A stretch of 64,000 bases of DNA from Flavobacteriaceae bacterium (GTDB lineage Bacteria > Bacteroidota > Bacteroidia > Flavobacteriales > Flavobacteriaceae), in assembly GCA_002690805.1 (NCBI GenBank), contig NZFW01000017.1, positions 958-64,957 of the forward strand, written 5' to 3'. Position numbers and translations under genes: made by a program. Shown piece by piece: positions 62,379 through 64,000 of this stretch. Under the pieces are notes generated by a model, which saw only the letters and a program-made list of their open reading frames with translations, had not been told where the DNA came from and did no database searches. The stretch's first letter is position 1; each line of letters opens with the position of its first letter.

Positions 62379-63122
62379 ATGGCTATATCAAATAAAATAA
62401 ATCAATCTTTTGATGAAAAAAAAAGTAGATTTAGTATTAAATATATTCTTGCTGAAGTTTTTCTCATAACTGCAGGTATACTTATAGCTTTAGCAATTGA
62501 TAATTGGAATACTGACAGGTCAGATCAAAAAAAAATTCATACATATTTAATTGAAATAAAAAAAGAATTTGAACAAGAACAAAAATATTTATCAGAACAA
62601 TTCATACCAGCACAAAAAAAACGAATTGAATTAAATAAAAGAGCGTTGTCTATAATTCAAAATAAGCAAGTTGACTCTACAGATGTTCTTCAGGATTTAT
62701 TATATACTATGACTCATTTTTTTGTATATCTTCCAACCGGACCAATGTATGATGAGTTTATGGATCAAAATTTACTATATAAAATTAAAAATGAAGATTT
62801 AAAATTTTATTTAAAACAAGGAAATGAAGCTGGTAAAGATTTTGAAAGATGGTTTGAATTTTATAAAGTAGAATACGAAAATATTTATAAACCATTTATG
62901 GTTAAAAATCTCAATTACAGTGAAATTGTTTTGGATGAAGATGGTTATTTCAAAGGAGGTACCCCTACAAACTATAAAAAATTATTTAATAATTTAGAAT
63001 TTTGGAATATAGTCAATTTTAAGGGGGAAAGAATGAGAAAAATGTTGCAAAGGTGTGAGAGTATTTTACCAGCTTATAAATACGGAATTGATCTTCTTGA
63101 TAAAGAGTTAGGTTCAAAATAA
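62379..63122 (+). CDS. DUF6090-like single-pass membrane protein (family A copy 3)
   Basis: 247 aa with the same N-terminal module and shared QNLLYKIKNED and LEFWNIVNFKG motifs. 15-nt spacer from copy 2. Confidence 0.75.
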   Translation: MAISNKINQSFDEKKSRFSIKYILAEVFLITAGILIALAIDNWNTDRSDQKKIHTYLIEIKKEFEQEQKYLSEQFIPAQKKRIELNKRALSIIQNKQVDSTDVLQDLLYTMTHFFVYLPTGPMYDEFMDQNLLYKIKNEDLKFYLKQGNEAGKDFERWFEFYKVEYENIYKPFMVKNLNYSEIVLDEDGYFKGGTPTNYKKLFNNLEFWNIVNFKGERMRKMLQRCESILPAYKYGIDLLDKELGSK

Positions 63123-63133
63123 TATATATTAAA

Positions 63134-63877
63134 ATGGCTATTTCAAATAAAATAAATCATTACTCTAATTCGGGAAATAGAAGAAAATTTAATTTTAAAT
63201 ATGTTCTTGCTGAAATTTTCCTTATTACCGCAGGAATTTTAATAGCGTTAGGTATAGACAATTGGAACAATAATCGAATTGAGCAAAATGAGGTTGATAA
63301 ATATCTAATAGAAATAAAAAAGGAACTAGAAAATAATATCAAATGGAGTACTAAAAGAAAAATAAATTTTGAAAAAAAAATTAAAGAAAATAAAAGAGTT
63401 TTAAATATTTTAAACGAAAACAATAAAGATTCTATAGTTATATTAAAAAAATTATTAGATCATATAAATAGAGCATCTTCTCAGAAACCCAATGTTCCAA
63501 TTTTTGAAGAGTTTCTCAATCAAGATTTTTTACCTAAAATCAATGATGATGAATTGAGACAAAATCTAAAAGCATATAAAATAGGTCTTGAGATGGCTGA
63601 AATTTATGACGAATTTGATAGAGAAGAAGTAAGAGATGTTGTTAAACCCTTTATGTTAGAAAATATAAATTATGGTCAGATATATTATTCTACACTTAAG
63701 TTTGAGGAAGGTGGACCTGTCACAGATTTTAGCAATCTCTTTGATAATTTAAAATTTTATAACATAGTTAATTTTCGAGGTGCAAGGCTAAAGAGTCAGT
63801 TAGAGGCAATAAATTTCCAATCAATCTGGATGAAAAAGACTATTTCCCTTTTGGATAAAGAATTAAAAAATAAATAA
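63134..63877 (+). CDS. DUF6090-like single-pass membrane protein (family A copy 4)
   Basis: 247 aa with the same N-terminal module (GILIALGIDNWN) and a more divergent ectodomain. 11-nt spacer. Confidence 0.75.
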   Translation: MAISNKINHYSNSGNRRKFNFKYVLAEIFLITAGILIALGIDNWNNNRIEQNEVDKYLIEIKKELENNIKWSTKRKINFEKKIKENKRVLNILNENNKDSIVILKKLLDHINRASSQKPNVPIFEEFLNQDFLPKINDDELRQNLKAYKIGLEMAEIYDEFDREEVRDVVKPFMLENINYGQIYYSTLKFEEGGPVTDFSNLFDNLKFYNIVNFRGARLKSQLEAINFQSIWMKKTISLLDKELKNK

Positions 63878-63885
63878 AATATCTA

Positions 63886-64000
63886 ATGGCTATTTCAAAT
63901 AAAATAAATCAATCCTATAATTCAGGAAACAGGAAATTTAATTTAAAGTATATTCTTGCTGAAGTTTTCCTAATTACAGCAGGAATTCTTATTGCTCTTG
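63886..64000 (+). CDS. DUF6090-like single-pass membrane protein (family A copy 5), truncated by the window end
   Basis: ATG 63886, 8 nt after the copy 4 stop. It reads MAISNKINQSYNSGNRKFNLKYILAEVFLITAGILIAL... Confidence 0.7.
   Translation, partial: MAISNKINQSYNSGNRKFNLKYILAEVFLITAGILIAL

Larger units (their letters stand above)
58309..64000. repeat. paralog array: seven homologous single-pass membrane protein genes (DUF6090-like) plus three small inserted genes
   Basis: See the individual CDS entries. The shared N-terminal anchor and internal motifs are visible directly in the translations. Confidence 0.8.

Overview
This is a very AT-rich chromosomal segment (roughly 30% G+C by eye, not computed) with tightly packed genes. 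Several features point to a streamlined marine Flavobacteriia (Bacteroidota) genome: the gene order bamD-rpoZ-coaBC-DUF4835-recN, the DUF1573-yajC pair, a long NusB, many lipoprotein signal peptides, TAnnTTTG promoter-like motifs and the absence of obvious Shine-Dalgarno sites. About 58 kb is ordinary housekeeping. It includes panB (partial), dnaK, ettA, fumC, one TonB-dependent receptor, thrS-infC-rpmI-rplT, murQ, icd, trmD-rplS, an HtrA-type protease, dapF, mltG, dnaA, ribD, prmC, ligA, coaBC, recN, fabI, coaE, a histidine kinase/response regulator pair, xerD, aroQ, lpdA, two tandem msrB genes, lon, cmk, nusB, yajC, pyrD and two peptidases. I saw no rRNA, tRNA, CRISPR, transposase, phage or recognisable defence genes. 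The unusual part is the last ~6 kb (58.0-64.0 kb). It holds seven homologous single-pass membrane proteins of unknown function that look DUF6090-like from memory. Five form a same-strand series that runs off the window edge, and two are more divergent and convergently oriented. They are interspersed with two tiny membrane ORFs and a DUF1330 gene. The first copy carries an orphan S41/Tsp-type PDZ domain. Secondary observations are a possible dapA relic in the ligA-bamD gap, a shared sigma-54-like TTGGCAY-N5-TTG element upstream of both heat-shock genes (dnaK and lon), a candidate oriC next to dnaA, a non-AUG infC start, and -7 promoter boxes placed so close to start codons that the mRNAs may be leaderless. 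All calls come from reading the translated ORFs and the DNA by eye. No searches were run, and family names are recalled from memory.
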